Assembly: GCA_046349215.1 (NCBI GenBank)
Contig: JAXMCV010000001.1
Span: 830,434 to 894,433, forward strand
Direction: 5' to 3'
Length of the DNA: 64,000 nucleotides
Source: Beijerinckiaceae bacterium
Lineage (GTDB): Bacteria > Pseudomonadota > Alphaproteobacteria > Rhizobiales > Beijerinckiaceae
In this document: positions 47,946-56,830 of the stretch, piece after piece
Numbering within the stretch: the stretch's first letter is position 1
Layout: the number at the start of each line of letters is the position of its first letter
Program-made: the position numbers and the translations under genes
Notes under the pieces: generated by a model
Databases searched by the model: none
Seen by the model: the letters and a program-made list of their open reading frames with translations, nothing else
What the model was told of the DNA's origin: nothing

Positions 47946-48806
47946 CTAGCGCAGCATGGTCGCGCGCACCCACCAGCCCGGATGGTCGCGACGGATGACC
48001 CGCGCGGCGCGCGCCGCCTGATGGCGGTCGGAAAACAGGGCGAAGCAGGTCGCGCCCGACCCCGACATGCGCGCGAGCTTCGCGCCACGGGCGGCGCCGA
48101 GCACGGCGAGCACATGCACGATCTGCCTTGCGATGACGCCGGCCGGGTCCTCGAGATCGTTGCGGCCTTTCTTCAGCGCGGCGATCAGCGGTTCGTTGCT
48201 CATGCCCGGCTCGATCTGCGGATGCCTGCCGAAGCCATAGGAATCGCCAGGCTTCAGTCCGAGCTTCGCGAATACCGCGCGCGTCTCCACAGCAACGCGC
48301 GGGTTGACGAGGACCGCAGGGATGGCCGCGAAATCGAGCGCCGGCCCCAATTCCTCGCCGGCCCCCGACATCATGCGCGCCTTCGCCTCGACGCAAACCG
48401 GGACGTCGGCGCCGGTCGCACGCGCTGCGTCAATGACGCGCGGATCGTCCAGCGCGATGCCGTTTGCATGCGCCAGAAGACGCAGCGCCGCCGCGGCGTC
48501 CGAAGAGCCGCCGCCGATGCCCGCCGCCACAGGAAGAAACTTCTGCAAGCGAAATGCGCCGACCTTCAGATGCGTGACGCGCTCCTGCAGATTGCGGGTC
48601 GCGCGCAGCACGAGATTGTCCGGACCGGCGCCGGCTGCATCCGCGGTCGGCCCCTCGACGGCGAGCGAAAGCTCGGCGCCCGGCGTCAAGGTCAGATGAT
48701 CGCCGACGCCGGCGAACACCACGAGGCTCTGCAATTCGTGATAGCCGTCGGAGGCGCGACGGCCGAGAACATGCAGCGTGAGGTTGATCTTGGCCGGCGC
48801 GCGCAT
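47946..48806 (-). CDS. ispE: 4-(cytidine 5'-diphospho)-2-C-methyl-D-erythritol kinase
   Basis: APAKINLTLHVLGRRASDGYHEL and the GHMP motif PVAAGIGGGSSDAAA. Confidence 0.95.
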   Translation of the reverse strand: MRAPAKINLTLHVLGRRASDGYHELQSLVVFAGVGDHLTLTPGAELSLAVEGPTADAAGAGPDNLVLRATRNLQERVTHLKVGAFRLQKFLPVAAGIGGGSSDAAAALRLLAHANGIALDDPRVIDAARATGADVPVCVEAKARMMSGAGEELGPALDFAAIPAVLVNPRVAVETRAVFAKLGLKPGDSYGFGRHPQIEPGMSNEPLIAALKKGRNDLEDPAGVIARQIVHVLAVLGAARGAKLARMSGSGATCFALFSDRHQAARAARVIRRDHPGWWVRATMLR

Positions 48807-48818
48807 GACGAGGGAGGA

Positions 48819-50561
48819 TCAGCCGCCGCTCTTCTTGTTGGCGTCGGCCGCCTCGGGCTTCTCGTCGACGATGCCGTTCTGGATCTTCTTGAGGATCGCC
48901 TGCAGGTCCTCGGGCTCGGGCTTCAGGTCGCGCGCGTGGTTCCACTGGAACTGCGCCTCGAGCTTGCGGCCGACGCGCCAGTAGGCGTCGCCGAGATGAT
49001 CGTTGATGACGGGGTCGGAGGGCTTCAGGTCGATCGCGCGCTCGAGTTCCTTCACCGCGAGATCATACTGGCCGAGCTTGTAGTGCCCCCATCCCAGGCT
49101 GTCGACGATGTAGCCGTCCTGCGGCCGCAGTTCGACCGCGCGCCGCAGCATCTTGAAGGCCTGGTCGAGGTTCATGTTCTTGTCGACCCAGGAATAGCCG
49201 AGATAGTTCAGCACCAGCGGCTGGTCGGGATAGAGTTCCAGCGCCTTCTTGAAATCGGCTTCGGCCGGAGGCCAGTCCTTGTCGCGCTCGTAGGCTATGC
49301 CGCGATAATAATAGAGCGACCAAAGCGCTTTCTCCGGCCCCTTGGCCAGCGAAATAGCCTTCGTGTAGGCCTCGATCGCGCCCTTGTAGTCCTTGCGCGC
49401 GCGATCGATGTTGCCGAGCGCGGTCTGCGCCTCCGGATCGTCGGGATGCTCGTCGACGATCGCCTTCAGATGCGCCTTGGCTTCATCGCCCTTGCCCATC
49501 GTCTCGAGCAGAAGCGCGATCTGGATGTCGGCGTTGACGCGCAGTGGCGAATCCTCGGGTACGGATTCATAGACGTCGATCGCCTGCGCATTCTGTTTGA
49601 GGCGCTCGTACACGTCGGCGAGCGTCACGAGAGCCAGGCCGTTGTCCTTTTCCAGAAACAGCGACAGCCGCAGGTAGATCATGGCGGCGAGTTCGTCGCC
49701 CTGGCGGCCGCCGACGGCGCCGAGCCCGTAGAGCACTTCGGCCGCGCCCTGCTGCGCGTTGCGCACGAAGGGCGGCAGCGGCTTGCCCGCTGCGAGATCG
49801 GCGAGAGCCGATGTAACGACGGGATGACGGGGCACCACCTGATCGAAGGCGGTATAAACCTGCTTCGCCTTGTCGCGGTCGCCGCGCGTGGCGAGGAAGC
49901 GCCCGTAGGCATCGACGAGGCGCAGCGTGTTGCGATCGCTCTTGTAGACCGTCTCGAAGCGTCGCCGCGCTTCGTCGGGCTGATTGGCGACATCCGAGAT
50001 CAGTGCAGCGTGATATTCGCGGAACACGCCGAAGGCGTCGTCGCGCAGCTTGTCGACGAGTGGAATGGCGCGCTTCGGCTCGTTGGCGCCGATATAGCTC
50101 CACGCGGTCAGAAGCGTTGCGGTCAGGTCGCGCTGGCGCCCGGCGCCGCCCTTGGCAAGGTAGTTGCGCGCGGCGCTCCAGCGGCCCTGCTTGATGGCGC
50201 GAATGCCGAGCGCGAGGTTCGCAAGCCCGTTGGAGGCGTCGATCTTGACGAGGCGTTCGGCGAGACCGAAGGCCTCCGGCATGTTGCCGTTCGCCAGCGA
50301 AGCGACAAAGGCGCGCTCGGTCAGGTCGGCGTTGCGCGGGTCGGCGCGCAGGGCTTCGCGAAAGTAAGTGGAGGCGGCCAGCGTGTCGCGTTCGGCGCCC
50401 GCCACCAGCGCGGCGAGGTAATTGCCGGCCGGACTGTCGCCGACCTCGAACGGCGTCGAGACCGTGACGGATTCCCGGGCGCCGGCGGGCACGCTGCAGG
50501 GCAAGGCGAGCAGGACCAGCGCAAGGGCGCGGGCGGGCTTCGACGTGAGGATTGATGGCAC
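48819..50561 (-). CDS. secreted tetratricopeptide-repeat protein
   Basis: GTG start and signal-like N-terminus ARALALVLLALPCSVPAGA. Repeated TPR consensus (A..Y....L..DP.N..A) throughout. Confidence 0.8.
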   Translation of the reverse strand: MPSILTSKPARALALVLLALPCSVPAGARESVTVSTPFEVGDSPAGNYLAALVAGAERDTLAASTYFREALRADPRNADLTERAFVASLANGNMPEAFGLAERLVKIDASNGLANLALGIRAIKQGRWSAARNYLAKGGAGRQRDLTATLLTAWSYIGANEPKRAIPLVDKLRDDAFGVFREYHAALISDVANQPDEARRRFETVYKSDRNTLRLVDAYGRFLATRGDRDKAKQVYTAFDQVVPRHPVVTSALADLAAGKPLPPFVRNAQQGAAEVLYGLGAVGGRQGDELAAMIYLRLSLFLEKDNGLALVTLADVYERLKQNAQAIDVYESVPEDSPLRVNADIQIALLLETMGKGDEAKAHLKAIVDEHPDDPEAQTALGNIDRARKDYKGAIEAYTKAISLAKGPEKALWSLYYYRGIAYERDKDWPPAEADFKKALELYPDQPLVLNYLGYSWVDKNMNLDQAFKMLRRAVELRPQDGYIVDSLGWGHYKLGQYDLAVKELERAIDLKPSDPVINDHLGDAYWRVGRKLEAQFQWNHARDLKPEPEDLQAILKKIQNGIVDEKPEAADANKKSGG

Positions 50562-50743
50562 GCGAGAGTATCTTTTCCGATGCGCGGGCGGTCGCAGAAT
50601 TGCAAGGGCCCGCTGGAAGGCGGTCTAACACAGAATCTGTGGCGAACATGGCCGTTTTGGGCCATGCGGGCAAGGCGCCGCCCGATGACCGGCCAGAGGC
50701 GGCAAGCCTCGACTTCCGGACCGCCGTTCCCCATGTTGGGCGG

Positions 50744-51076
50744 ATGGCCGAACCGATCGTCGTCACCGTTTCGCACAATCTCGGAGCCGAGGAGGCCCAG
50801 CGCCGGATCGCGCGGGGGCTGGAGCGCGGCAAGTCGGAATTCGGAGCGATCTTTTCGGCCTTCGACGTGACCTGGCGGGCCAATCACGCCGATGTCGTCG
50901 TTGTCGCGCTGAAGCAGCGGATCGTGGCCGGCCTCGACGTTTTCGCCGACATGGTGCGCGTGGAGGTCTCGCTACCCTGGTATTTCGCGCCGCTGCAAAA
51001 GAAGATCGTCGAAATCCTGCAGGACCGCGGCCGCAAGACGTTGCAGATCGGCCAGAGCGGACGCGGCGCGGCCTAG
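50744..51076 (+). CDS. polyhydroxyalkanoic-acid-system family protein (TIGR02610-like)
   Basis: Trimmed to ATG 50744. PIVVTVSHNLGAEEAQRRIARGLE...VRVEVSLPWYFAPLQKKIVEIL matches my recollection of this ~100-aa family. Confidence 0.65.
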   Translation: MAEPIVVTVSHNLGAEEAQRRIARGLERGKSEFGAIFSAFDVTWRANHADVVVVALKQRIVAGLDVFADMVRVEVSLPWYFAPLQKKIVEILQDRGRKTLQIGQSGRGAA

Positions 51077-52338
51077 GTCTGGCCGGCCTTTAGCCGGTAG
51101 AAGATGTGCTTGCCGATAACTTCCATCTTTTTCAGGCGCTTGGCCCAGCGCGGGCGTACGTAATTGGCGTGGTAGTGCGTCGAGCCGCCCACGTCCGCCA
51201 GCCATGTCTCGCCGCCGAGGACCGCATCGGCGACGCGCGAGGCGCGCGCCCATGATTCCTGGTCGGTGATGCGCAGGGACTTGCCCTCGCAGGCGAAGGA
51301 GAACTGGCAGGCCTTGAACCGATGCTTGTTCTGATAGACGACGCCGCAGATCGTCGTCGGGTAGAGGCCGGACGAGACTCGGTTGAGGATGACCTGGGCG
51401 ACTGCGGCCTGGCCTTCTTCCGGTTCGCTGCGCGATTCGAAATAGACGGCCTCGGCGAGGCACTTCTTTTCGCGGGCGAGGTTTTCCTGGCCGATCATCG
51501 CCGCATAGTCGGGTCGACCGTTGGCCGAGCGCGGCACGACCGTGGAATTGGGCAGGGACTTGGGAACGCTGGCGACGCGCGGCATACCCGGCAGAGCGAC
51601 GACCTCGACCGGCGTGGCGTCAGCCGGCGCCGGCGTCGTCGATCCGAGGCTGACGGCGCGCGGCACGGCGGGCGTCGCGCCCTGGGCGTTGCGGGCGGCG
51701 ATCGCCGCCGGGCGAATGGTGACGGAAGACCCGCCCTGCCCCGCCTGGGTCGGCGAAGCGCCAGCGCCGCCCCTGAATGACGGCGTGGGCGTCGGCGCGT
51801 CGTCCTCGGCCCAGGGCTCGAACCGGGACACGGCTTCGGGGCCGGACGAATCGGCGTCGTAGGGCTGGAAGCTGGAGGCGATGGCGATATCGTCCGCGTG
51901 GAACATCAGGTCGTGCGCGATCAGCGCCTTCACGCCGTTCGGGCCCTTGAGCCGCGATACGAAGGAGGGCCGCAGCGCGACGACGGGATCGCCTTTTTTC
52001 GCGCGGACAGCCTGGGGAAAATGGCCCGGACGCGGCTTGAGCACGGCGCGCGGGTCCTGCTCGTCCGGCACGGACCGGAATTCGGCGGACGGGCCGATCG
52101 ACAGCCGCGCCTCGCGCAGGACGCCGCGGCTCGACGCGTAGCTGCCGAGATTGCCGGTCAGGGCGGAGGAAGGAATGAGGTCGCGCGGCGCGAGCGCGAC
52201 GCGCGCGTCTATGGGCGCCACGGACGCGCCGGAGGCGTAATCCTGGCCAGCCGTCGCGGTGAACGACACGAGCAAGCCCATGCCGAGGCACCACGGCGCC
52301 ATAACGCCAAACGCCCATCCAATCCGCGAACGACCCAT
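51073..52338 (-). CDS. cell-wall hydrolase (SleB domain) with a long N-terminal region
   Basis: C-terminal CLAEAVYFESRSEPEEGQAAVAQVILNRV...THYHANYVRPRWA. The stop overlaps the convergent gene (CTAG). Confidence 0.8.
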   Translation of the reverse strand: MGRSRIGWAFGVMAPWCLGMGLLVSFTATAGQDYASGASVAPIDARVALAPRDLIPSSALTGNLGSYASSRGVLREARLSIGPSAEFRSVPDEQDPRAVLKPRPGHFPQAVRAKKGDPVVALRPSFVSRLKGPNGVKALIAHDLMFHADDIAIASSFQPYDADSSGPEAVSRFEPWAEDDAPTPTPSFRGGAGASPTQAGQGGSSVTIRPAAIAARNAQGATPAVPRAVSLGSTTPAPADATPVEVVALPGMPRVASVPKSLPNSTVVPRSANGRPDYAAMIGQENLAREKKCLAEAVYFESRSEPEEGQAAVAQVILNRVSSGLYPTTICGVVYQNKHRFKACQFSFACEGKSLRITDQESWARASRVADAVLGGETWLADVGGSTHYHANYVRPRWAKRLKKMEVIGKHIFYRLKAGQT

Positions 52339-52479
52339 ACGCTTGCCGCCTGAACGCCAGCCACAGACGCGACCCGACGCTTGCCCGATCCGTACGCGCC
52401 CGCCTGCGGCCTTTCCGCCACAGGCAATGCGCGCAATTCGCTCGGAAAAAGTTATCGGCGATTAGGCTTGAGGAGGGGT

Positions 52480-53718
52480 TTACGCGCGACGTGCGGCGCC
52501 TGCGTCAAAATGGGGCACCGGCGGCGCTTCGTTCCGGAGATGCGCAAAGCGCTCGCGCACCTGCGCACCCAGCGACAGCATCGCGGCCTCCGATTTCGCG
52601 CGCTCCTCCGGCGTCTCGATCTTCACGCCGTAGTCGTGCGTACGCGCGAGCTGGACCGAGTGTTCGAACGCGGCGAGGCCACGCTGCGCCATGCTGTCGG
52701 CCATGCCCGGAACGAAGCGACGACGCAGCCCCGAAACGCCGGCGCCCACCCGTAGCGCCAGCAAGCGATGATCAAAGGACGCCGGCTCGTCGACGCCGAA
52801 CCATTCCGACCCGGACAATTGCAAGAACATGGCGCGAAAAAACGAACGCAACTCCCTGACGTTGCCGCCGACGCGAGCGGCCGTGCGAACGGATTCATCG
52901 AGCAGAAGCCTGCCCCAATCATCAGGGAACGCCTGGTGCGCGACGAGCGCGCTCCACAGATCGCGCTCCTGCGCAAGCGACGTCGTGAGAAGCGCGTCGT
53001 CGATGCCGAGCACATGCCCGACGTAGCGCCAAAGGTGATGATGCCCGGCGAGGTCCTCGTCGCCGAAACGCACGCCGAGCCGCGAGAAGGAACGCAGGTT
53101 GAGATAGGAGAAAAGGCCGAGCGTCATCGCCAGCATCGTCTGGTCGATGGGCGCGCCGACGTAAGACGCGGCGAAGCCCGCCGTCTGCCCGACCCAGGCG
53201 CGAATGGAGGAGTGCAGCAGCCGCACGCGCAACGTCGTCTCGTGGCCGATCGCGCCGGGCGCCATGCCGCCGGGTTGCATGATTGCCCCTATGAAGGCGC
53301 CGGTCTCGCGGATGCGCGTGGATGGATCGGCGCCGAGACGACCCGTGGCGCGCGTGACAAGAGTCGCACGCGCGAAAACGCCGCCGGCGAACAGGGAATG
53401 CAGGAGCGACAGGCGCGACAGCGCGACGAAGCCGAGCGTCACCTTCTGCCCGCGCGCCAGCAGTTTCTCGTCGAGCCATGTGGGCTGCGCAGTCGTTTCC
53501 TCGACGAAAAGCCGCGCCGCCGGTTCGCCCTCGGCCGCAAGCGCGCGGACGGCTTCGAGCTTCGCAGCGCGCCGATCGTAGGAGCGCTCGTGCAGCGCCG
53601 CCACCGCCGCGTCCGCGACCGGGTCGCCGACGAACATCATGCGGTCGAGCAGATCGCGCGAAAAGCGCGCTGAATATTGCGCGTTGGAGCGATCGATCAG
53701 ACGCGGCAGGTTTCTCAA
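52480..53718 (-). CDS. oxygenase MpaB/DUF2236-family protein (tentative)
   Basis: About 410 aa with high GC3. General resemblance to DUF2236 proteins (FVGDPVADA.., RVRLLHSSIR). TTG start. Confidence 0.45.
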   Translation of the reverse strand: MRNLPRLIDRSNAQYSARFSRDLLDRMMFVGDPVADAAVAALHERSYDRRAAKLEAVRALAAEGEPAARLFVEETTAQPTWLDEKLLARGQKVTLGFVALSRLSLLHSLFAGGVFARATLVTRATGRLGADPSTRIRETGAFIGAIMQPGGMAPGAIGHETTLRVRLLHSSIRAWVGQTAGFAASYVGAPIDQTMLAMTLGLFSYLNLRSFSRLGVRFGDEDLAGHHHLWRYVGHVLGIDDALLTTSLAQERDLWSALVAHQAFPDDWGRLLLDESVRTAARVGGNVRELRSFFRAMFLQLSGSEWFGVDEPASFDHRLLALRVGAGVSGLRRRFVPGMADSMAQRGLAAFEHSVQLARTHDYGVKIETPEERAKSEAAMLSLGAQVRERFAHLRNEAPPVPHFDAGAARRA

Positions 53719-53788
53719 GCGTCAAACTCTCCGCAGCGCGCAGCGCGCCGCCGAGACATAACGCGGGCCGAGCCGTTTGGCTTCGACG

Positions 53789-54499
53789 TCAACCGACATC
53801 CGCCGACTGAATCTTCTTCACGCCGGCCTTCGTCATATCCGCCCAGGCCTTGGCCAGCGAGCCGTTGGCGTCGATGCCACGGCAGGCGTCGTCGACGACA
53901 TAGACCTCGAAACCGGCCTTGCGCGCGTCGATGGCCGTCCAGGCGACGCAGAAATCGGTCGCCAGGCCCGTCACGAACAGCGTCTTGATCTTGCGCTCCT
54001 TCAGATAGGCGGCGAGGCCGGTCTTCGTCTTCTTGTCGGCCTCGAGCAACGCCGAATAGGAATCGACGTCGTGGTGGAAACCCTTGCGGATCACCAGTTG
54101 GGCGGTGGGAAGTTGCAGGTCCTTTGCCAGCGCAGCGCCTTCCGTGCCCTGCACGCAATGGTCCGGCCACAGGACCTGATCGCCATAGCCGAGCTTGATC
54201 ACGTCGAACGGTTTCTTGCCGGGATGCGAGGAGGCGAAGGAGACGTGGCCAGCCGTATGCCAGTCTTGCGTGCAGACGATGTTTGCGAAGGATTTCGCCA
54301 GCTTGTTGATGACCGGAACGACCTTGTCGCCGTCCTTCACGGCGAGCGAACCGCCGGGCAGGAAGCAGTTCTGCACGTCGACGACGATCAGCGCGGCGGA
54401 TGCGCCCGGCTTGATCGGCGCCGCCATCGCGGACCGGCTGCCGAGACCTGCGGCGGCGAAAACGGCGGAACGGGCGAGCAGCGAGCGGCGGTCGATCAT
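53789..54499 (-). CDS. pncA: nicotinamidase/pyrazinamidase (isochorismatase family) with Tat signal peptide
   Basis: Only the 3' 236 codons of ORF 53789..55177 look real. ATG 54499, MIDRRSLLARSAVFAAAGLGSRSAMA. Catalytic D (VVDVQNCF), K (VIRKG) and C (GLATDFCV). Confidence 0.85.
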   Translation of the reverse strand: MIDRRSLLARSAVFAAAGLGSRSAMAAPIKPGASAALIVVDVQNCFLPGGSLAVKDGDKVVPVINKLAKSFANIVCTQDWHTAGHVSFASSHPGKKPFDVIKLGYGDQVLWPDHCVQGTEGAALAKDLQLPTAQLVIRKGFHHDVDSYSALLEADKKTKTGLAAYLKERKIKTLFVTGLATDFCVAWTAIDARKAGFEVYVVDDACRGIDANGSLAKAWADMTKAGVKKIQSADVG

Positions 54500-54584
54500 G
54501 GCGCAGCCTCCGGTTGAGTCCGCCCAGTCAATACCGGGGAAGCAGCGCCCGCAAGACGGCGCAGCGGGCCGCCTGCACAAATGG

Positions 54585-54617
54585 AAAGCGCCCGCACGCT
54601 GGTAGCGTGCGGGCGCT
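54585..54617 (-). terminator. long GC hairpin (AGCGCCCGCACGC-tggta-GCGTGCGGGCGCT) after the GlcG-like gene
   Basis: 13-bp stem. On the minus strand it is followed by only TTT, so the T-tract is weak. Confidence 0.5.
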
Positions 54618-54630
54618 CGGGATTGCCGAA

Positions 54631-55119
54631 TTATTTCAGAGCGTCGGCGACCTTGGCGATGCCCGCCTTGGCGCAGACCTCGTCCTTTTCGCCACCCGGC
54701 GCGCCCGAGACGCCTACGCCGCCGATGACCTCGGCTCCGGCCTTGATCGGCACGCCGCCGCCGATCGCCACGACGCCTGGAATCTGGCGCAGCAGCATGC
54801 CTTCCGGCGACGAGCTCGCGGCGATGAATTCGAGCGAAGTCTGGCCGCGCGTGCGGCTCGTGTAGGCCTTCATCTTCGCGAATTCCATCGTGTGCGGATT
54901 GGTGCCGTCGCCGCGCAGCGAGGCGGCGACCTGGCCGGCCTTGTCGACGATGACCACGGAGACCTTGTAGCCGTCCTTCGTGCATTGCTCGATCGTGCCG
55001 GCGATGATCGCCTGCGCCATGGCCATCGACACGTTCTTTTCGACCTGCGGCGCCTGGGCGAGCGCAGGCGTGACAGACAGAGCGCCGGCCGCGAAGGCGG
55101 CCGCGAGAACGATACGCAT
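54631..55119 (-). CDS. GlcG/HbpS-like heme-binding (DUF336) protein, secreted
   Basis: GGGAGGAAAA RBS and signal peptide MRIVLAAAFAAGALSVTPALA. VSVVIVDKAGQ and AIGGGVPI..VIGGVGVSGAPGGEKDE. Confidence 0.8.
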   Translation of the reverse strand: MRIVLAAAFAAGALSVTPALAQAPQVEKNVSMAMAQAIIAGTIEQCTKDGYKVSVVIVDKAGQVAASLRGDGTNPHTMEFAKMKAYTSRTRGQTSLEFIAASSSPEGMLLRQIPGVVAIGGGVPIKAGAEVIGGVGVSGAPGGEKDEVCAKAGIAKVADALK

Positions 55120-55231
55120 GATTTTCCTCCCGATTTTTATTGGGAGGCCAGTCTATCGGGCGTAAGCTTTGGCGCAAGCCGACAGAGGCTTGCTTGCAGA
55201 CCGGCAGGCGCTTGCACCGGCGAAAGCTGGC

Positions 55232-56710
55232 TCAGCGGCCTTCGATCGCCGAGACCGTGATCAGGCGGTGAAAAAAGGCGATCAACTCGGCGTAATTGTC
55301 TATCCCGATGCGCTCGTTGGTGCCGTGGAACCGGGCGAGATCGCCGGGACCCGCCCGCACAGGAATGAATCGATAGATGTTCTGCGTCAGTGGCGCCATG
55401 TTGCGGGAATCCGTGCCGGCGATCACGAGGCCCGGCGCCGTAACCGCATCGGGCAACGTCTCGCGGATCGTCTTTTCGATCAGCCGGTAGGCGGCGCTGT
55501 CGCTCGGCGATACCGGCGACGCCTCGCGGGAGTGTCCGTAGACCGCGACCTTCAGCAGCGGATTGCCGACGACATAGCGCGCATGATCGAGCACGCTGGC
55601 GACGCTGTCGCCGGGCGCGATCCGAAAATTGACCAGCGCTTCGGCCTTGCCCGGCAACACGTTTTCTTTCGATCCGGCGTTGAAGACGGTCAACGCCGTC
55701 GTCGTCCGGATGAGCGCGTTGGAACCGCCCGACTGCGCGAGAATGGACGTCGCGAGCGGCTTTGTCAGCCAGAGGTTGGACAGGACGACGCGATTCAGCG
55801 GCGCCATTTCCGGGGCGAGCTGTTCCAGCGACTGACGCGCGACGCCGTCCAGACGCGCCGGCATCTGGTTGGCCTGCAGCTTTTCGACGCCGGAGGCGAC
55901 GGCGCCGATGACGCTGTCCTTTCCAGGCATCGAGGAATGTCCGGGCGCGCCCTCCGCGGTCACGGAAAGCGTCACATAGCCCTTTTCCGCAAGGCCGATC
56001 TGGGCGACCGGTCGCGCGATCGTCGGCACGATTCCCGTCGTGACGATCATGCCTTCGTCGATGACGAATTCGAGCTTGACGCCGCGGCTGTCGAGCAGCG
56101 CCGCAATCTCGCGCGCGCCGCGCAGGCCGCCGACCTCTTCATCGTGGCCAGACGCGATGATCAACGTGCGCTTCGGCTGCGCGCCGGAGGCGGCGAGCAT
56201 TTCGACTGCTTCCAGGTAGGAAACAAGGCTGCTCTTGTCGTCCCACGCGCCACGTCCCCAGACGAAGCCGTCGGCGACGTCGCCGCTGAACGGCGCATGC
56301 TGCCAGTTCTGCTCGGTGCCGGCCGCAATCGGCACGACATCCTGGTGGCCCATCAGCATCGCCGGCTTGAGCGACTTGTCCGAACCTTCCCACGTGTAGA
56401 GCAGGCTGAACTTGCCGACCTTTTCCCGCTTCATCGCGCGATGCGCGTTGGGAAATGTCCTTTCGAGATAGTCGTGGAGTTCCAGAAACGCGTCGCCGCT
56501 GGCGTCCGGCTTGTCGTCCCACGAGATCGTCTGGATCCGCACCGCGCCGGCGAGCCGCGCCGCGGCTGCAGCCTTGTCGATGGCCGGGGGCTGCACAGGG
56601 GCGACGCTGGTCCGGTCGCCGCCGCCCGACGCCGCCCTGCCCGCCATGACCGCAGCGACAGCGCAGACGGCAAAGCCGGCGCCCACGAAAAGCCGTCCTA
56701 TCCACCCCAT
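55232..56710 (-). CDS. M20 family metallopeptidase (membrane-anchored/secreted)
   Basis: N-terminal TM helix. LMGHQDVVP, RGAWDDKSS, GHDEEVGG. Confidence 0.85.
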   Translation of the reverse strand: MGWIGRLFVGAGFAVCAVAAVMAGRAASGGGDRTSVAPVQPPAIDKAAAAARLAGAVRIQTISWDDKPDASGDAFLELHDYLERTFPNAHRAMKREKVGKFSLLYTWEGSDKSLKPAMLMGHQDVVPIAAGTEQNWQHAPFSGDVADGFVWGRGAWDDKSSLVSYLEAVEMLAASGAQPKRTLIIASGHDEEVGGLRGAREIAALLDSRGVKLEFVIDEGMIVTTGIVPTIARPVAQIGLAEKGYVTLSVTAEGAPGHSSMPGKDSVIGAVASGVEKLQANQMPARLDGVARQSLEQLAPEMAPLNRVVLSNLWLTKPLATSILAQSGGSNALIRTTTALTVFNAGSKENVLPGKAEALVNFRIAPGDSVASVLDHARYVVGNPLLKVAVYGHSREASPVSPSDSAAYRLIEKTIRETLPDAVTAPGLVIAGTDSRNMAPLTQNIYRFIPVRAGPGDLARFHGTNERIGIDNYAELIAFFHRLITVSAIEGR

Positions 56711-56778
56711 TTGTCCCGCCCCGGTTTCGCGCGTTGGCCCGCCTTGCTATCCATGCAGATCAAGCCGCCCTTGAAAAC

Positions 56779-56794
56779 AGTTTACATATAAACT
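56779..56794. promoter_or_regulatory. palindromic candidate operator AGTTTA-CATA-TAAACT upstream of ETF-QO
   Basis: Perfect 6+6 inverted repeat in the 120-bp divergent region, ending about 36 nt before ATG 56831. The same GTTTA-N4-TAAAC core recurs at 63536..63551. Confidence 0.5.
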
Positions 56795-56830
56795 ATACCG
56801 GCGCAACCGGTTCAGGAATAGAGGATCGTC

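Noticed and set aside
47982-50555. An 857-aa plus-strand ORF. Similar cases are 22000..24597 (865 aa), 56747..58807 (686 aa), 6334..7923 (529 aa), 34622..36493 (623 aa), 55169..56791 (540 aa), 10160..11668 (502 aa) and 44744..46087 (only its last 74 codons are real).
   Set aside because: All are antisense to, or out of frame with, genes that have clear family signatures (ispE/TPR, DUF2339, ETF-QO, ribB, YyaL, M20, P450, ispB). All have the shadow-ORF composition, and none shows a recognisable domain.
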